Positions 59,250-64,000 of a stretch of DNA of 64,000 nucleotides are shown in pieces. The stretch spans positions 638,538,001 to 638,602,000 of the forward strand of contig NC_091285.1 of NCBI RefSeq assembly GCF_032444005.1. Direction: 5' to 3'. Both the position numbers and the translations under genes were made by a program. Position 1 is the first letter of the stretch, and the number at the start of each line of letters is the position of its first letter. Source of the DNA: Ranitomeya imitator. Lineage: Eukaryota. The notes beneath the pieces were generated by a model. That model searched no databases. It was not told the origin of the DNA and was given only the letters and a program-made list of their open reading frames with translations.

Positions 59250-61330
59250 TTAAGTGACTGAGATTTTCAGACACTTGGCCAGGAGAAGGGTACGGTATAT
59301 AATAATCATGGTGTATCAGCTGATTCCCCCTCTGCTTCAGAGCTTCCATCCATAATGAGATCAGTGGAACTGAATATCTGCCATGTGGGTATTTATCCTG
59401 AAATCCCAAGTTGTGGAGTCAGTAAGCCAAACATCCGACCCCTCAATTTCCCTGACTCTGACCCCACAGCCCTGGTCACTACTGAGCATGTGCATAAAGT
59501 GCAGCACAGATTCATCTCCACTATTGGCTGAGATCCTTAGATCAGGAACAGAACAGACACTTATAGGACATTTCACAACTTTCCCAAATTCTTATGAAAA
59601 CATTTACAGCACATCCTACATTGTAATACTTCACCCAATGTCTTATATATTTAGGAGTCAGTCCATTTTATACCGACTCCACAGTCCTGGTTAAAACCCT
59701 TTAAGATTGAGCAACATTTTGTTACATAGGTTGAAAAAACACTTGGGTCCATAAAGCACAATCTTTCTCCACATTTTTTTTTTACATTTACCATATCATC
59801 CCCGCAAGAGCCACTATTCTTCTAAACAATGAAAATATAAAAAAAAATAAACCTAATGTATTGTTGGTCGCACTGACTTAAAGAATCAAATTGTCAGGCC
59901 ACAAAAATCCCAGATAATGGTGGTGGTGAGTTTTTTTTAAATATTTTTCAGTACTTCATCTGGTAAATATTTGGCTATATTGTAGGAAAATAAGGTATGA
60001 CTCTAGGAAGGTGGTGAAGGGGGGGGGGGGGGGAGAGATTAAGGGGCACTTGGTTTCTGCTTGCCCAGTTTGAGGACCGGCATAAAGTAGGGGCATAGAT
60101 CTGATTTCACAGCAGGGTCACTTACTGAGCTGCTTGCTGTAGTTATGATTAAAAGGTTTTGTTGTTCTCTAAACAGCTCAGCTAGTCTCAATGTTGAGGT
60201 CCTTGCCCACATGATGATTAGCAGTCTGTATACACTGTGCATAGGCAGTAAGCTGCCAATCAGTGGTGGGGGTGGAGCTGGCCACAGCTCATGAATATGG
60301 AGGATTTTCTAGCAGGATCTCACCGAGAGGACTAACAGAGCTGCAGCCGATCAATGTTTTATCAAAACTGCATCAAGAAGTCCAGTAAGTGACCCAGCGC
60401 AGGAATCGGGGTCTGTCCTTGTATAAAGCTGGGGGAGCAAAAGATTAACAGATTCTTTAACAAAGGGATCCATAGTTTTTTTTTTTTTTCTTTCTAAACT
60501 CTAGTTTTAATATTTCTGGTTATTGTAGTCCACCCATTCCATCTATTACTTTTCCTACTCGCCTCTAAACCCGCTTTAGTTCTACAATATCTTTATAGAA
60601 CACTGGGGCACAAAACTTGACACAATTGGAGAGAATTTATCAAAGACGGGCGTTTCATCTGCCAGTCTTGTACCGAAAACCTGCTTGGCATAGGACGCTA
60701 AGTTTGCGTAAGGGGTGCAACCATTGTGATAAGTCTGGGGCATGGGCAGCGCCAACTCTCTGCCCACTGCAATGTGACGGTCTGTGCTCACTTTTCAGAA
60801 AAGGAAGAAAAGTTGCCAAATTCTTTCACAAAACTACTTGAGATAAACTTTGAGACTTTAATACTAGAAAACTGGCGTAGAGGGTATAACAAGGAGATGT
60901 CGTGGTAAGATTGGGATTTCACTTTAAAGGGATCGTCTGAAAAAACGTACCTGTCCACAAGTGAAATGACAACTTGATTGGACGGGGTCCAGTAGCTGCG
61001 ATCAGCGGAACAGGGCACTTCTATCCCAGTTAGAATAGCGCGGCTTTGTTCATTCTCTATGGGGCTGCAGAAGAATGACGCTGTGGTTGGATGTAATTTT
61101 GCAACGGAGATATGTTCCCCTGAACTGTGTATTGATGCCGGTCCCAGGGATTGGCCTCAATCGATCAGTCCTATAGATAGGTGATAACTTGGACAACCCC
61201 TTTAATGGCTAATAATCAGTGGTGATGCGGGAGCGCCTGGAATCTGCTCAGTCTGACTTCCTCCCCCCTGGGTTTGTCTGTAGATCACTTGGTGGCTCTG
61301 CCATATGACTGTACATTTCTTTTGTTCCAG

Positions 61331-61399
61331 AAAAGCACTTGGTCCTTCTCAGAGATGGAAGAACTCTCATTGGATACTTGAGAAGCATTGACCAGTTTG
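61331..61399 (+). CDS. LSM1: LSM1 coding exon 2 (later exons lie beyond the window)
   Basis: Acceptor tttgttccag; (K)KHLVLLRDGRTLIGYLRSIDQF; donor G|GTAAGT; 69 nt. Confidence 0.97.
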
Positions 61400-63177
61400 G
61401 TAAGTCTCATCTTGGTGGGCTTCATTTCCTTTGAACAGGGGTCTCCAATATGCAACGTTGAGCTGTTAAAAATACTGACATCTTACATTTGTGTGGAGTC
61501 AATACCAGACACAAGATAACTGGAGTGGCCCCTATATTGATTAACCGATTAACCCCTAAATTAATGGCTCAAACAGATTTTTTTTTCAATTACAGAAGCT
61601 TCTTGTGCAGTTTAAAGAAAAAAAAAAAGGCTCTGGACCCAGTAAGGGTGTGTAAAGGCTAGAGCCTCTGCCACTGCTCCCAGAGGTCTGTCTCATCAGC
61701 AGCGCTGCAGCCAATCACTGGGCTTAGCGACTCTACCAGAGTTGACTGCATGAGCTGCTCACTGTTTGGAGCGCTGTCAAATTGAAGTCCGTGCCGCAGA
61801 CTCAGACACTGGGAGCAGCAGTAGACACTCAGTGGGCAGGGTGAGAGAGTTTGTTGTCATAAACAAAAATTAAAAATCCGTAAGACGCCACATTGAACAT
61901 ATGGGATTAGTCACAAGTAGGGAAGAGAAAAGCTAATTGACAAAGTTAGAAACATAGGAAGTGCTAACACTTCAACCTCCATTGAAGCAGGGACCTCCTG
62001 CGGTGACAAAACAGCAGGGAGGTATGCTGGGAAGAGGCAACAAGCCTGAGATCTGTTTATACAGAGGTGGGAAGTATTTTTCCCAAGGATAAGCCTGCCT
62101 TTCATCTAATAATCTTCTTAGACTTTGTCTCCGGCGACCAGATATGGATATTGGGGTTTACATGAATCTGATGTTTATGGTAAATAGATTTTCGGCAGCG
62201 AAGGGATGAACAAAACGCATTCACTCACATCACCATAAGGCCGACAAAAATCCCTTTAACTTACGGTAAAGGGAATATCCGGGACTTTATAAAAGAAAAA
62301 AACGTGTCAAGCACTATCAAGTAGGTAATTGCATCATACCTGCCTGTTGTGCACGGTGCTAATCTTCCCTGGTGCAGAGCGGTCACATATCGCTCCCGGT
62401 GGGGGAGTCTGCTGACAGGGTGGGACTTCTGACAGCATTCTGACTGACAGCGGCTCCCCCAATTAGATATCGGAGATCCAGCTGTCAAAGTCCCACCCTG
62501 TCGGTGGAGCGGGAAAGTCTTCTCCATTCTGTAGACCTGAGGTCAGCAGAGGTTACTGAATGACTGCCAGAAGCATCTGTGCCGGGGAAGAACAGCACCA
62601 GGCACGGCTTGCAGGTAAGTTGCAGTTACCTGCCTGTTAGTGCATAGGTACATTTTGTTTTTTTATAAAGTCCCAGATGCCTCTTTTATAACTAGTCAAT
62701 AGATGATGCTGTTCACAGGGCTGTGGAGCCGGAAAGCCAAACCTCCGATTCCACCAAATTGGGCTCAGATTCCACAGCCCTGGCTGTACATGCCATATAT
62801 CTGTATTGAAAGGTAAAATCGTGATAGAGACCTCCAGGGGTGAAGATATCCTGTAAGTTGGGGATCTCATAAAATTTAGAATGGCCAAACACATCCTACA
62901 AACAGCCCCCGCTTGATCTAATCAAGGGGAGGTATGTGGATGTAACTTTGATTTAATAAGAGCAGACGTTGGGTGTGGTCCTTTGGCAATCCTTGCTGGG
63001 TTCAGTCCATTTTGCTATGTTACTTCCCTCTGCTAAGCTCAGCCATTTCTGTGACATCACGTTTAGTAATGTTTAGTTATCCCTTTTATGTAATTGATGT
63101 AATTGTATATTCCGTATTGTTCTGTTCCCATTTTGCATCATCTTGCATATTTTTATATATACTTCCTACCATTCTGG

Positions 63178-63179
<2 letters not shown>

Positions 63180-63244
<65 letters not shown>
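63180..63244. repeat. (TA)n microsatellite
   Basis: About 32 TA units; similar tracts at 44280-44322 and 48812-48872. Confidence 0.97.
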
Positions 63245-63246
<2 letters not shown>

Positions 63247-64000
63247 TCTAATATATAAAGCTGAATGTGTGTGTATGTATGTACAGTATGTATGTGTGTA
63301 TGTCCGGGATTGGCATCTGCACCGTCGCAGCTACAGCCACAAAATTTTGCACAGTCACATGTCTGGACCCCGAGAGCGTCATAGGCTATGTTGTGAGGCG
63401 AGATTTTAACCCCGCACTTTCCAATTCACCAAACAATTTTGCCCCTATATACATAATGGGGAAAAGTGAAAGGAAAAGTGTTAGAGGCAAATTGACAGCT
63501 GCCAGATTTGAACAAGGGGGACTTAGAGAGAGAGCGATGGCGCCAAAGAGTATATACCGTACAGTTGCTAAGGTGGGGCCCCGACATGGAATACTCACCA
63601 CACATGGGGATATGAGCACACACACAAAATGCACCACACACTACCACGTGCTTGAACACATATTACCCTCAGCACACATTTCACCACACATACACCAACC
63701 TCGCCACACAAGTCGAAACACAAAAGTCGCCACTCAAAACTCGCCACATGCAAAAACTAGGCTCACGCAAAACTCGCCACATGCAAAAACTAGGCTCACG
63801 CAAAACTCGCCACACGTGCAAAACTCACCTCATGGAAAACTCGCCACACGCAAAACTTGCACACACGGAAAAATTGCCACATGCACAAAAGTTGCAACAC
63901 ATGCAAAAGTTGCCTCACAAAAAACTTGCACATACTCAAAAGGCACCACACATAAAACTCGCCACGCGCAAAACTTGCTGCACACAACTTGCTACACTAG
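63245..64000 (+). mobile_element. 5' part of a non-autonomous Helitron-like element with internal minisatellite
   Basis: TC..TATATAAAGCTGAATGTGTGTG start next to (TA)n; repeated caaaactcgccacatg units from ~63730; 3' end not in window. Confidence 0.55.

Noticed and set aside
61400-64000. LSM1 exon 3 (ANLVLHQTVERIHVG..)
   Set aside because: Not found in the remaining sequence; presumably beyond the window.

Overview
Eukaryotic vertebrate genomic DNA, very repeat-rich, with two N gaps. The repeat families (TTAA-flanked T2/Kolobok-type MITEs, Harbinger MITEs, non-autonomous Helitrons, CR1, L2, Tc1) point to an anuran amphibian; this is inference. Three host loci can be built by hand. (1) A four-exon + strand gene (TATA 7759, CDS 7985-8033, 8927-9352, 12631-12758) encodes a 200-aa secreted protein: signal peptide, a 108-aa Gly/Ser/Tyr-rich repeat tract, and a perfect resistin/RELM ten-cysteine head. 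A second tandem paralog ends at 124-251. (2) BAG4 lies on the - strand with five coding exons (56511 to 24923, 384 aa). (3) The first two coding exons of LSM1 lie on the + strand, head-to-head with BAG4 across a ~620-bp CCAAT-rich promoter. The most notable item is the tandemly duplicated glycine-rich resistin-like gene, in which a Gly-Tyr low-complexity tract stands where resistin normally has its helical stalk. It is invisible in the ORF track because it is spliced and its true frame has no internal Met. The rest is nested transposons, several minisatellites that create spurious long ORFs, and hammerhead-ribozyme-like motifs of Penelope/retrozyme type. All coordinates and counts were made by eye; no database search was run, so novelty is untested.
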